This document shows positions 13,662 through 28,151 of a stretch of DNA of 64,000 nucleotides, piece after piece. The notes below the pieces were generated by a model that ran no database searches, had not been told where the DNA came from, and saw only the letters and a list, made by a program, of their open reading frames with translations. The translations under genes were made by a program, and so were the position numbers. The DNA lies in assembly GCA_951406725.2 (NCBI GenBank), contig OX597818.1, positions 41,664,001-41,728,000 on the forward strand. Reading direction: 5' to 3'. How positions within the stretch are numbered: the first letter of the stretch is position 1; each line of letters starts with the position of its first letter. The stretch comes from Octopus vulgaris. Lineage: Eukaryota.

Positions 13662-16600
13662 GTATAGTAACAGTACCATCCTAGATATGGAAGCAATACT
13701 GTACAAAAACATTAGGAGTTAGGAGTCTTTGTGACACAGTCCTGGCTATGTTGAGATTGTGTCATGAAGGAGACATCATCAGTGATGGTGAGGCTTATTT
13801 AACATATATATTAACAATATAAATTTGTTGTTTATATTGGGAGAAAGGGAGCGATGATAATGTTTTCTTCATATGTGCAGTGATTATGTCTTTGAGATCT
13901 CTGTTCATGTAACCAGTGTGAAGACAAACTAGAACCTTGAAAGTGTACATCAGAGAGAACACCATCAGCAGACCATAACAATGAGATCTGATCAGAAGCT
14001 AATAATCCAAGAGAAGAATGAATGGTAGACAGTTTTGTCAAGTGATTGTTTCAGACAAGGTTGAAACTTAGCTAATTTGGGGGCAACAAAATGTTTGTAC
14101 CAAATTTCTGAAACACGGAAGCCCACTGGTGAATGACGTAACAGAGTAAACCTTCAGTAGATCTGGCTTTATGAAAGCTATTCTGGTGGTCATTGATTAA
14201 GAATTGTTACTATCACCTTTGAGATGATGGAACTGTGATAGGAAAATAGGTGTCAGAATCAGAGGAGTTTTCCTACATGGGAAATGGGAATGAGAGACTG
14301 AAGAGTTTGGTAAGGATAAGGATAGGTTCAGGAAGCATTGTTTGAGTGTAAAGAAAGAAACATTGTTAGGGTTGGTTGCCTTGTTGGTTTTAAACAAGAA
14401 GATACTAATGCACCTGAAGTGCTGAGTAAAAACAGTCCAGTATGTAAGGGTGGATGACTTTCATCAAATATTGTCATAGAGAAAAAGTAAGAATCCACCA
14501 AAAGAGTGTTAATTTATTTTGTCATTAAAAGTGTCCATGAAGTTAATAATAGACAGACAGAAATGTACTGTTTTTAGTGGCTAGCTGTTGCTGAGGAATG
14601 ATAATGGACTGATTAGTGATATATATATATAAAACAAATCATTCCATATTTATGGAAGACCCGTGGCTTCCATAAAATATGTAGAAGCACTGCACTTGTC
14701 AGCTATTTAACAGAAACCACTAGCTCCACATCTTAGAATGTGCTTCTCCTCCGGATTTATGTATTTCTACAAATGATTATATATATATATATATTAGTGT
14801 ATAGCTAGTAATGCCACTGGCTTTTGAATTCTAACAGTAAGCCCAACACAATATAGGTTGTTTGTGAGGTTGTTCAACCCTTAAGAAACAGCACCCAACT
14901 GTTCCTTACTTTATATTTGTATCGTCTTTAAAAAGGAGATGTTGGTTTATGAAGTCCAAAATAGGACATGTTTGAAAACAAAATAATTCTAGTTGAAATG
15001 CTTTTCATCATAGGTCTGGAGAATAATAACATAAACATATACATGCACGTTTGTCTGGACCTGTTTGCATGTACAGATTGGTTTTTACATTAGTTTAGAT
15101 GATGTATAATTTTACATTGTCTTTTTAATTTTGATTATTTAAATTTTGTCAAATTTTTCAAGTGGTTTTATATATCATAACCAAAGTCATGTTGGAACAC
15201 TGCCTTCGGTTAAATATTTCATCTTTTTCAGTGTCTGTGTGCAGCTGAATTGGCAGTTGTTAGAAGCTAGAATAAATACTGCCAGAGAGGCCAGTGGCCT
15301 GCACTGGAATAACAAAAATGAAAGAAAGATATACTAGATTCTTGATTTATTGAAATTATCTTAGCTTCAAGAGATTAAGCCGGTATCTAGCAGCAATTGC
15401 AAATGTCACTACATGAAAAAGAATGATAATCTTAAGCAAATAAACAATTGTCAGGAACATGTAGTTATGTGGTTGAGAGGTTTGCTTCCTCAGCCACATG
15501 GTTTTGGCTCTAGGCCCACTGCATGGCACCTTGGGCAAGTGTCTTCTACTATACCCCTGGGCCAACCAAAGCCCTTAACAGTGAATTTGGGAAACAAAAA
15601 CCGAATGAATGAATACACTAGATGCAAAGAATGGGCAAATGCTAGAAAGAAATGAAGAGAGCACATTCTGCTGAATGTGTAATGTTAGTATGCATAAAAT
15701 GGTAGAACACAAATGAGCGAAGAAAAAATAAGATGAGCAACTGAAAAATCAGTTATGGTGGACACAAAAGGGATTGTGCTAGTACAAATATGTGAAGTAT
15801 ATGAAGGATGACAGTCAGGCAAAGAAGTGCCAAGCAATCCAAATAGAAGGAATGTGTAGAAGCAGAAGTAATGAATGATAATCTCAAAACACTAAGCCTT
15901 ACGAAGTAGATGACAAGAGCCCTTAAGTAGTGGCAAGTTTTTATGCTAAAAAATATGATGATGATGGTGGTGGTGATGACAATAGAGGCAGATATATATC
16001 ATAATCATTTATTATTTTAGGAAGGTTTATCATCAACCTTCCAAAAATTACATGTAAATATGAGATTTCAGTACAATCATATGCAAAATTAAGTTCAAAA
16101 ATTTAATTTTTCTGTCTCGGAAAACGTAACTGGATTATCATAACATTATGAAAACTTAAAGAAATACAACTACATGAATTCAGATGAAGGATTTAAGAAT
16201 GACCCACTTACTAACAATCCTACTGAAAAGAATGGTCTAAAATTCAAAAACTGAAGTCCACTATAATATTATCAGAGATTGACCTATCTTATACAATAAA
16301 TATCATGTTCAGTTAGGATAGTTATGTATATGATAAACCAGATCAGCCTGAGTTAACATCTACCAAATCTGTGAAATAGCCAATGAAAATATTATCAACT
16401 ATTTTTTAAAAACTGTCTTCGATTCATTATTAAAGAAATAATCCATAACCCTTAATTGGTCTTTATATTTCTTCTGAACATTCTTAATAAAGTCCTATTC
16501 TATTTTAATCTATTCTGACCATCCATTTTTGTCTTAACTAACAATACACTAGCAACATCTCTCCATACAGAGGTTTGTGTTTATATGTATTTTCCCTCCA

Positions 16601-16733
16601 GCACATAACTATGAGCAGTTTAAAATAGGTTTTAAACAAATAAGGCTAGTAGCATAGTGTAACTAACTGTGTACTGCTAGTCTTGGAGAGTAAATGAGAA
16701 AACTTAGTTAAAAATAACTTCTTTATATTAATC

Positions 16734-16766
<33 letters not shown>

Positions 16767-17689
16767 CTCTAAACATATTTCACTGTCAAATAATCTTAAA
16801 TTATTCAAATGAAAATATGAAATAAGTTTAAAATTTAACTCCATTTACCTACTTGTTACTTACTGCTAATGATATACAACCAAAAATGTGCACTTTCACA
16901 GCAATTTTCCAGCTGTCTTCTGGAATTAGATACAAAGAGGCAATCTATGGGAAATTTTATAATAAATAAATTACCTCAGAAGTATTTTCTTCTCTTTTTG
17001 AAATAAATAAATTACTAAGGATAAAATTTCCCAATTCACTTTTAAATCAAGTTTGTAAAATGAATTCTTTACAGTTTATCAGAATATTGCAAGGGTCAAA
17101 TCAAAGAGCAGATAAGAAAAAGGAAAAGAGGGAAAAATGAAAGAATTTCAACATAGTAGTGTTTATGAAAACAATATGATGTGTATGTATTACTAATCCA
17201 GAAGAAAGTCAATTCTATTGGACAGAATATTTCAAGATAAAAAATCCCCAAAGAAAATATTGATAATATTAGAATAAATTATTTTTTGTAAAAAATAAGT
17301 TTTGTCCTAGTGTTTCCAGTAGAATATATGAAAGGACTGAATGATAAGTTTTTTGAGGTTTTTTTTATGGTTAAATGTTTGGCAATTTAAGGCTTGTTGT
17401 ATCATACTAATTTAGGTATTTCTTTATTTTTTAATACAAAGACTCAGATAAAAATTCAAAATATTTTAAATACATTATATTAAAAAAAGAGCGCAATTCT
17501 AAGAAGTTCCATTTTTATATTCATGTCAGTTAAATGAGAGTAAATGCAAATTCTTATCATAAACAAAAGTTTATAGAATATAATAGATTTTAGGTCATAA
17601 TTTGAAGAATAAAAAAAAAAAATGAGGTAAAGGAATTTACATTAAAAATCGTTAAATTAACAAGAAAAAAAAATTTAAGGAACTTTGGC

Positions 17690-18105
17690 TGGAGTCAAAA
17701 GAAAGAGGGGGTAGAAGGAAGGAAAGGAAAGTGAAAAGAAGAAAAAGGGAAAATAAAGAGGCAGAAAAAGGATGAAGAAATAACAGAAGAGAGAAGACAA
17801 GGAAAGGAGAATAAAAAAAAAGGAATAAAGAGAAGAATAGGGAGAAGACAGATGAAGAGACAAGAGAAGGAAGACAAAAGGAGAAAGGAAAAGAGAGAAA
17901 AATAGGCAGAAGGAAGGAAGAAAATGGAAGAATAAAGGAAGGAAGGAGAAAAAAAAAGAAAAAAAAAAAGATAAAAGAGGTAGAGATAAGAAAGGAGGAA
18001 AAACATGGAAGAGAGAAAAAAAATAAGGAATGTAGAAGAGAACAAAGAGAAGGAAATGCAGGAGACAGAAGAAGGAAAAAACGAAAACAAAATGGAAAAC
18101 AAGCA
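17690..18105. repeat. Purine-rich (GA) low-complexity tract
   Basis: About 400 bp almost entirely A/G on the plus strand. Confidence 0.85.
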
Positions 18106-18929
18106 ATATAGTTTAATAGAAAAGCTGCACCAAAGGAAAATCAATGCAGCTGTTTTACAATTTACTCAATATACAAACATCTATTAACTCCTATATTAGA
18201 ATATCTAACCACGGAATGAGAGAGGAGAGAAGTTTGGTACAGCATAAAGCAAATAACAATGAAGAAGCAACAGTTTATTTAGAAAATGGTTTCACTGTCA
18301 AATATTTAAATACTTGCTTTATAAATGTAAGTGTATATATAATGCTTTAACTGAAGTCACTATATCACAAAGTGGTATTTAACAAACAAAACCAAAAGCC
18401 TACACATCTGCCTTATTTCTTTTTTTTTTTTTTTTTCCAAGCTTAGGAGAATGTGGAAGAATTAGAATACTGCTGAGATATGTGACAAAAGTCTACAAGA
18501 AAATTTACTAGGTTAGTAGAACAAAAAAAATAAACAAATATGCAAAACTGTCACAGAAAAAAAAGAGAGAAATTCCTCCTTCCAGATTTATTTACACAGC
18601 ATTTCATAATTAGCCCCAAATTTCAGGTACAGATACTAAGAAGGCTCAACTTTCAATTATATTACTTGTATTTGAATGATGAAATATATGCATGGGTGTG
18701 CATTTTTACATTCATTTCACATTTATCAATTTTACATTTCTGAACAAAAATATATTCCTTCTTTATCATTATTCAAGCAAAATCCATGCTGATGATAATT
18801 TAGGAGGCAGTGAAGCAGAGTTATTTACAGGGAGAATAGTTTGTCAACTGTGAAGGAATCTGGCATGTAAATAATGGTGGAGTTCAGTCACTGTCTTGGG
18901 TTGGCAAATAAAATATTACTTCAGAACAA

Positions 18930-20096
18930 AAGTCTGTAGTGCTTTTTATGTGCAATTCAAAGAAAATATTTAGATATTTGTACTTAGATTTATTCAGTTA
19001 TACATGTGCCATTTTATTCCACTACTTTTCAACATCTTTGCAACATCATTATTTCATCCTCCCACAACTTGACATATTTCTGGGTAATTTACTGTTGTGT
19101 TTTTTGGGGTTTTTTTTACAGGCTGCCTGTAAATTGAAGCCCTTCTCATTAAGAGAATTGTGTAGGGATTGAAATAAGTAGTAACTGAAAGTTGCAAGGT
19201 CAGATGAATATATGTACGGTAGGACATGGTAGCCAAGCTATAACAATTTCTGCTGGGTCTGCAGAGAGAAGCAAGATCTGGTATTATCCTGATGGAAAAT
19301 GATACCCTTTGGAATGGTCAATCTTGGCTGCTTTTCATCAATTGCTACATTCAATCAGTCAAATTAAGCAATACCTGTCTGAATTCAACATCTAATTTTG
19401 CAGAAGGAACTTCTGCAAGCCCCACCAGATATACAACATCACATTCTTCAGATACAACCAACTTTTGAACTGGTTAACTGTACTCATTTTATTTTCCTCA
19501 GTATCTTTTTCACACACACTGTGGTGAACAATTCATTTTCCAATATCTGTTATCATTCCTTTCAAATATAGGTTGTTTTTATTGTTTTAACAGAAAATTT
19601 TTCTTGTTAACTCATGAGATACCCAAACATTGTAGTGCTTCACATATCCAAGTGTTTTCAAATTCCTTACAATGCTCATATGAGATATATATAGAGTATC
19701 TTTGCAATGTCCCATACAGTGTGACCTAGATAATCTGTCATTATCAATAGTTGCAGGCTTGCTGGAACATTCTCAATCTTCCAGGTCGTAATTTCCACTA
19801 CTGAACCTAGCAAACCACTTTCAAACAGTACTCTCAGGTATGGCACCATCTCCATAAATGGCACATCTTTTTTACTGTTTGTTCAGTGTTTTTCCTTTCT
19901 AGAAATAAAAGAGCATCAAATGATGAAAATGCATTTCATTTTCCTCAATTTTCACTTTTAATGTAAAAATATTTAAAATTCACAATCCACACATGAATTC
20001 TATTGAAAGACATGAAATGTTACCTTTCAGAGTATGTATACATGTCATATATTTGAGTCACATGTGAAACAAAATTATATGTTTACACACCACCTA
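18930..20096 (-). mobile_element. Highly decayed mariner remnant
   Basis: Minus strand reads KGIIFHQDN near 19285-19310 and a mariner-like N-terminus (HFHHLMLFYF.KGK) near 19890-19945. Boundaries are approximate. Confidence 0.55.
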
Positions 20097-21291
20097 TTAA
20101 AAAACACTACAAATTTTTGTTCCAACCCAATAAAAAGTAGAGCTGAAAAGGTAGGAGAGATGTTAGAACACAAGTCAATATTTGCAAATAAGATAAAACG
20201 TATAGTAAGATTAGTCAGATTAGTCAGGCTGGTCACAGGAGAGAAGCATAAATGGAAATACTATTGGGTAGCTAAGTTTGGTAACAGAGCTGGATATATC
20301 CTCACTGGAATAATAATTTTACATAGTTGAGATAGTTGGGGTGAATGATAGAACTATGATTAGGATAGTAATAAGGACAGCAACTGTAATCTCTAGATAT
20401 AGTAAGATTAACAGATAAGCAGACCAATCAGTTTTATTGGTGGTGGTGATGATATACAAACAGGATATGAGATATATGAAATAGTTAAATGATCTTAAAA
20501 TGGCATTAATATTATACACAGCTTAGGTACTAAGCAACATACTCAAGTATTAATCTATTCATTTATTTTTTAACTCCATTTACGAATAAAATATAGCTAC
20601 ATGGAAACCTTTACAATGCATGATTGATAATTATTATTGATCCCATAATAAAACCTAGCCAGGAAATTATAGTTTCAGCCATGATCATTCTTATTTAGAA
20701 AAGTTTCAAGTAGTTCACAATTACATAAAAACTGGAAAATTGAAAGACATAATTTGATAAAAATAACATATGGAAGAACTTATTGCTCAGCAGTTTTGGG
20801 ATTAAAGACAAAGTTTACCAAAATAAAGTAATGAAGTGACCAGCTAAAAAAATACATATTTATAAAAAGTGTTCTGAACAAAAAGACTTCTTTAATTGTA
20901 GAAGATTTCAAATATACTGAACTGAGTATCAAAGATTATATTGGTCCAGCATCCTTTCTCTCTTTCTTGCTGGGGCACCTATGTGTCTCCTCAACAATAA
21001 GACACCTGTCCCTGTCCTTCCTTCTTTCTTACTTTCACCTCTCTACACCTGGCACAATGCCACCTCCCTCAATATAGCACCCCACACTGTGTAACGGGTT
21101 ATGTTTTGGATGTTACTTGGTGATCCCAGTAGTGTTGGTGCCATGATAAAAGCAATGAGTACACTCTGTAAAAGTGATAGCTGTTAGGAAAGGCATCAAA
21201 CCATAGAAATCGTGCCAAAGTAGACAAAGACCAACACAGCCGTCAGACTAGTTGGATCCAGTCACACCATTCAACCCATGCCAGAATAGAA

Positions 21292-21530
21292 TCATCATCA
21301 TCATTTAATGTCTGCTTTCCATGCTAGCATGGGTTGGACGATTTGACTGAGGTCTGGCGAACAAGATGGCTGCACCAGACTCCAATCTGATCTGGCAGAG
21401 TTTCTACAGCTAGTTGCCCTTCCTAACGCCAACCACTCTGAGAGTGTAATGGGTGCTTTTACGTGCCACCGGCACAAGGGCCAGTCAGACGGTACTGGCA
21501 ACACGCACGCTCAAATGGTGCTTTTTATAT
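21292..21530 (-). mobile_element. RTE 3'-tail element
   Basis: (ATC)n then TTTCCATGCTAGCATGGGTTGGACG. Related minus-strand copies near 7245, 8140, 40300, 51440, 53184 and 55210. Confidence 0.8.
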
Positions 21531-21773
21531 GGATATCAAACAGTGTTGAAGATGATCTTTATATTGAACTAAGTTTATTATTTAAATCCAAATAAAATCT
21601 GTGGTACTATTTTCAATGGATATATTTTGTTTCAAGCTTTTTTTTCTTTTCTCTTTTTCAAAAAAATCCTAGCTATCAGAATGTATTCTAGTCACATTGG
21701 AAGTCTGTAGTTATGTTCACAATTTCATTAAGTTATGGATTAATAAGATGAGATAATTTTTTTTCAAACTAAA

Positions 21774-21935
21774 GCGCAGGAGTGGCTGTGTGGTAAGAAG
21801 CTTTTGCTTCCCAACCACGATTCCAGATTCAGTCCCATTGCATGGCACCTTGGGCAAGTGTCTTCTACTAAAGCCTCAGGCCGACCAAAGCCTTGTGAGT
21901 GGATTTGGTAGATGGAAACTGAAAAGAAGCCCATC

Positions 21936-21984
<49 letters not shown>

Positions 21985-22200
21985 TATATGTATGTATTTA
22001 TGCATCTGTGTTAGTCCCCCCACCATCGCCTGACAACCAATTTTGATGTGTTTACGTCTCTGTAACATAGTAGTTTGGCAAAAGAGACCAATAGCATAAG
22101 TACTAGGCTTACAAAGAATAAGTCCTGGGTATGATTTGTTCGACTAAATGCAGTGCTCCAACATGGCTGCAGTCAAAATGACTGAAACCAAATAAAAAAA
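21774..22200 (+). mobile_element. SINE family A, well preserved
   Basis: GCAGGAGTGGCTGTGTGGTAAGAAGC head, internal (TG)n(TA)n and tail ending AATGACTGAAAC. Confidence 0.85.
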
Positions 22201-22914
22201 ATAATATAATTTTGATATTCTTGGTGAATCTGATAATTTTATAGAATATTTTTAACTTACAAGAAAAAAGTAAAAGTTACAAAAGCTTTAAGAGAAAAAC
22301 AGGTTTTACTTTAATGTTAATTAACTTCTAAAGTGGTAAAAAATAAATAAACTATTGGACAAACAATAGCTACTGTAATTCCATATAAACAAATCTTCAT
22401 ATCTGGTGTGATTTTACAAAAGCCAAAAGCAGCTTTTTGAAGAAAATCTTTATCAAAAATCATTTCACTACTTACACCATAGAAATATTTTAGGTAAAAA
22501 TATGTAACAAAATACAGAATAGTACATGACGATATATTTGAAAAGTTTGCGTCCCAGCCACATGGTTTCAGGTTCAGTCTGCAAGGCACCTTGAGCAAGT
22601 GCTGTTGTAGCCTTGAGCCAACTAAAGCTTTGTGAGTGAATTTGGTAGTAAGAAACTGAAAGGAGTGTTTGTGTGTGCGTGCGTATATCTGCAATCACTT
22701 GTACAAGAGTAGAGTTAAGCAGTGTTCTTTAGTTTTTCCTGTCAAAAAATCATCTGAGCATTTCTTTCTTTTGAAACCTCATGGAATAAATAACCCCTTA
22801 CTTGAAAAATAGAGCCATTTTGAAGTCTTTTTATACTGGATAATAGGTTATAGATAACATTAAAACGGCTACTATAAAGACTGTATTCTTTATCTAAACA
22901 TCAATTTAAATTAG

Positions 22915-23550
22915 CATGGTAGATGTAGGAAAATGAAGGTGACCCCAAGACTGGCAAGAGAGTTTGTTTGTGGATGATGTGAGAAAGGAGCTGGAGGGCT
23001 GGCAGAACCAGTGGAAACACTATGTGACAAGGTGGAAACAGTGAGATGTTTTGTTATTTGGGAGATAGGGTGGATGTGAAGCAGCTGTGACAGCAAGAGC
23101 GAGACTTGGCTGGGTGAAGTTCAGGGAATGTGGAGCATTGTTATATGAGAAAAGGTTCTCATTAAAGATGAAAGGAAGGGTCTATAAGATTTGTGTGAGA
23201 GCTGCAATGCTGTATGGCAGTGAGAAAGAGATGGTAATTTTGAGGACTGAGAGAGCAATGGTGAGAGAAATGTGTGAGGTGAAGCTGCTGGATAAGAGGA
23301 GGACTGGGGATTTGATGGGAATGCTGGAATGGTTGGCATGGGCATGTTCTGAGGAGGGTGATTGCATTTGAGGTAAATGGAGTGTGAAAGCAAGGTGACT
23401 GAGGAAAAGGTGGAGGGGACAGGTGGAGGAGGAGATTGGAAGGGTTGGTTTGAAAAAGGAGGATGCCAATTGTTATGGCAATGAGGTAGATCCAGCCACC
23501 CCCATTAATGGGGACAAAACTCAGATTTAAAACACTGGATGATGATGATT
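22915..23550 (+). mobile_element. Older RTE LINE fragment
   Basis: ARARLGWVKFREC...LKMKGRVYKICVRAAMLYGSE; (ATG)n tail. Confidence 0.75.
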
Positions 23551-24504
23551 GTTACCATATTTAATATATTCATAACGCTGAACCCTATAAATAAGGTTAA
23601 TGTCTTTACTGTACAAACTATATCAGTCATATGGATCAACAGTCAGCAATTTAAAGCCTCTAGCCCTGGTCTAGCCTTCCAGGAAAAATTATTCAGCCCT
23701 CAGTCCCCTAACAAAATTTGATATCTACCAAGCTTGTGATGTCTAGAAAAAAATGCCGTTTGATTTCTGATGCAATATTTTGCTAACCTAAAATAATGAT
23801 TAAACCACTACACTAATACCTAAATATATTTACTACAATTTTCTACATACTCTTCCAATGCAATATCCTGACAAAGGTTTGTTGCTTATAATGTTGTATA
23901 TGGAAATAAAAACAGTTAAAAACTAATATGTATTTTGATCTATTAAATGGGTTTTTTTTTTTTTAAAATTTCAATATTGTTTTATCTTTTAACTAATTCT
24001 TTGTTGAATATATACTTATATTTCATTGATACATGTCATGCACAAATATTTACATAATTCACCATTAAATTTGACCACTGTTTCAATAATATATACAAGA
24101 TCAATTCATATCAGTCTAGATTTACGTTGCTATCTGTCAGTTGTGATATGTAGCAAAATAGCTCTAAACATGTGACATATATATCTAATTACATAGGTTA
24201 GTTTTGAAAAGTTTGTTTTTGTTTTGAAGATATTGAGTTATAAATAGTTTCCTGTAAAGTTTCAAAGTTATGTATTTATTAAATTTAAAAATAGAAAGAA
24301 TATCTTCACAATTAAACCACTTTATCAATTTTACATTATTTTCGCAAACAAACAGGAACAGAGTGGAGGGCTTTTATGGCTTTATAGTTAGGAAGCCCAC
24401 TTTATAACCAAGTGGTGTCAAGCTAATCACAATGCATGACACCTTGGGCAAGTGTTTTCTACTAGCATCCCAAATTTATAACCAAAAACTGTACAAAGCC
24501 CAAA

Positions 24505-25325
24505 TCACTGGAAAAGAATTTGCTTGTGGCAGAATGCATGGGAGCAATAAACACTAACAACACACAGGAAATAAATTTTCTTGAACATTCAGGAGGATCC
24601 TTAAAGGTAGACAGTTTTTGTTACCTAGGTAACCTCATTAACTATAAAGGAAGATTTTCTGAAAGTAAAGTAGCTAGAATATGAAGTGGCTAAAGAAAGT
24701 TCAGAGAGCTATTACCCCTATTGGTAATGAAAAACTCTCTCTTAGAGTAAAAGACAGATTGTATGATACTTGTGTACGAACAACAATGTTACAAGTGAAA
24801 TGTGTACTGTAAACGCAGAGGGTATGTGAAGACTACAAAGAAATGAAGCTAGTATGCTCCACTACTGGATGTGCAATGTCAGTGTGTATGTATGACTAAG
24901 TGCAAATGAGATGAGAGAAAAATTAGGCTTAAGAAGCATCAGATGTAGTGCACAAAAGAGATGAATATGCTGGTATGGTCGCATGATAAATATGGATGAG
25001 GGCAGCTGCACAAAGAAGTGCTAATCGTTAAATGTGGATGGAACTTGTGGGAGAGGGAAACCCACCAAGAACTGACATGAAATGGCATCCATTTCAGCAA
25101 ACACAAAACAAGGTCCTTAAAATATATCATTAACAACTTTGCACACACACACCCAATCTGTACTTGTCAAACCACAAAAAAAAAAATGCATCCAATATAC
25201 ACTGTGAAAGAAGAGCCAAAGTGCCAAAGTACACACTGGAACCCAACACAGTCCTCTGGTTAGTTGGATCTTGTCAAACAGTTCAACCTATACCAATATG
25301 GAATACAGATGTTAAATGATAAGGA
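24505..25325 (+). mobile_element. Decayed RTE LINE fragment
   Basis: Nucleotide similarity to the reverse complement of 1400-1850 (GAAATGAAGCTAGTATGCTCC..GGATGTGCAATGTCAGTGT). Confidence 0.7.
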
Positions 25326-25327
25326 TA

Positions 25328-25371
<44 letters not shown>

Positions 25372-25400
25372 CACATGCATACATATACATGTGTGAGAGA

Positions 25401-25441
<41 letters not shown>

Positions 25442-27929
25442 TGTGTTTAGATTGTGCACTGAGCTGAACTACGGACAATGATATTTGCTCAAAGACAAAC
25501 AGAAGAAAACTCCTTTACTTGGAAACAGGTAACAACCACAAGATCCATTCCTTGTTGTGGCATAATGCCTTAATGACCCTTTAGAAGTTAATGACCAGTG
25601 GTAGGGCTATGCCAATCTCCTGGTAGGGCTTCCAGAGCTGGACAAGTTAAAGGATAGAGGCCAGGCAATTATGGACTACCTCTTTGCAGAGGTAAAAATG
25701 AGTTTACATTGAGCCAACAGCCCTACCTAGAAAAAAAGCAAAGTTACAGAAGAAACGATGTTAATCAAAACCAACAAGACCTGAGATAGGAAGGCCTTCC
25801 CTCAGGGAAATATATGAACCTGCATAGGAGGTATAATAGATGACACCCTATACTACAGAGGAGCTCAAAAAGCAGGGATCCAACTAGAGAGATGCAGAAA
25901 AGACATCCCAGAGATGAGTACAGTTGAGAAAACTGGTTTATGTTCCATAGAGAATGAAGATCTTCAGGCTTAGTGATAGGAAGAGCATCTACATGTAAAA
26001 TAATACCATATTATGTATTTGTCTAACTCATGCTGGCATGGAAAAACAGACATAAGACAAATGAACATAATTTTCTACATTTTTATAAGATTTGGAAATA
26101 TTTAACAATGGCTTATGTTGTTAATGTATTTGTAATTACACATCGTTAATATATTTAAAAAAAGACTTTTAATATTCTATAAGATTAGAGAACATTCTGA
26201 GAGAGTGTATCATCACAAACCTAGAGATAAGGAAAGGTTTGGTATTGTAATCATGATACAAAACTGTTCTCCAACTAAGGCAGCATTAAATTAAATAGCC
26301 ATCTATGTATCATACTTAATAAATATACACCATAGGTAGTCAATTATTGCGATATTTGTCCTGAAAGAATATCTTTTATGAAAATGCTATTAAAAATGCA
26401 ATAAATATCAGAGAGATGAAAATTCGTACCAGCTAGCAAAAACGCTGGATTTATTGCAGCCTTTTTGGACCCTTTCAATGACATGTACTCAAAGCCAACA
26501 TCATGCTCAGATGAGAATTTGTTGCCTCCAATATAGGAACAGTGAATAAAACATTTGCTGAGGTCATGAACAGTCACCCAGTTGAATAAAAATCTTGTAT
26601 GCTCAATTAAAGAAGTACTAAATCAAAATAACCATCTAGGTATCATAATGTATATATGTTGCTGATAGGCCAGTTACTGCAGTATTTGTCCTGAAATACA
26701 TCCAACTATATAGCTGGCTTTGAATCATTACCATTGAAAATGGCATAAAAAGGCCAAAATGCACCTATTCTTGCTGCAGCTGCTAGGATGAAATTTCATC
26801 TCCCTCTGATAGTTGTCTTTTTAACACAGCACATAAGAGATGTTATCTCAGAACAAATGCTGCAGTAAATGATATATTAAAAGTGTATATACATTAAGTA
26901 TAAGACATAGATAGCTATTAGAATTATTATGTTATGTACTAATATTTACAATAGTAAATATTTAAAATATGTTAAAGCTAAACAAATGCATTTGTTTGTT
27001 ACCATTTGAATGAGTAAAAGTAAAATAATAATTATAATTAAAGCTAGAGGGATTTATGAATTTCTGTTTTGGTAGCAAAACCTATTATCATCATCATTTA
27101 ACGTCCATTTTCCATGCTGGCATGGGTTGGATTATGTCAAAAAAATACAGTAAGATTGATGCTGAATACTTTCCAAGATATACAGACAGAAAAGTACTTT
27201 GTATGTTAACAACTTTGGTTAATCCATATGCTTAATTTTACATGAAGTGCTGTTGTAAATAAGGAATTCAACAAGAAGCAGCGCTTTGAGATAAATCATT
27301 TGAAATGCACTAAATTTAGAGGGCAAACAAGGCAGGGTATTCATCACTATCATCATCATTTTAACATCCACTTTTCCATACTTGCCTAGATTGGACAGTG
27401 TTTATTGAGGTAGATTTATCTATGGCCACATGCTCTTTGTATCACCAACCCTCACTTGTTTCCAAGCAAGCCAATAAACACTAACATAGACACACACACA
27501 AAATAGACTTCTTTCAGTTCCCATCCACCCAACTTACTCATAATATTTTGGTCGACCCAGGGCTAAAGAAGACAAATGCCCATGGTGCCACACAGTAGAA
27601 ATGAATCCAAAATCATGTGGTTTGGAAGCAAGCTTCTTAACTACACAGCTACATCTGAGCTTAAAAAAAAATAATAAAGTTTGTTGTTCCCAAAATAAAA
27701 ACATATAGCCAGGTATTATACCAAAAAGAGTACATACGCTGCAGGAAGAAATAACTACATATCTTAGAAATAAAGTGTGACTACCACAGAATTTTGCAAT
27801 CTCAAATGGCTTTGGAGCTGCCATTTCTATTGGATTTAATAACTAATTTAAACAAGCTGAAATTGCAACTTCAGTAGGTAAAAAAATTCAGCCAATACAT
27901 GACATGTGGAGACACATACTCACCTTTAA

Positions 27930-28151
27930 CCCTTTTGTTACCATATTTCTGTGGAGATGCTCTCAGTTTCTTTCAATTAATTTTAAATATAACAATGAAT
28001 TTAGTAAAATAACATAGTTATCATTAAGCTAGTGTTAGGGACATAAATTGTGACTAAGGTTTGCTGGAAAATTTTAATTCAGAACTTTTGAAAACAAGAC
28101 ATTACTACTACAAAACCAGAGGTGGTTTCAGGCGGATTGGTAACAAAAGGG
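27930..28151. mobile_element. piggyBac-type MITE
   Basis: TTAA flanks at 27926-29 and 28152-55; perfect TIR CCCTTTTGTTACCA / TGGTAACAAAAGGG. Confidence 0.85.

Noticed and set aside
12400-14590. Possible ancient CR1/L2-like LINE remnants, also 10950-11460 and 40580-41400
   Set aside because: Too decayed to assign a family or boundaries by eye.
17675-18144. Hydrophobic Phe/Leu/Ser-rich ORFs resembling membrane proteins
   Set aside because: Translation of a low-complexity pyrimidine strand.
21774-21850. tRNA gene candidates
   Set aside because: A/B-box-like heads belong to SINEs; no cloverleaf or proper terminator.
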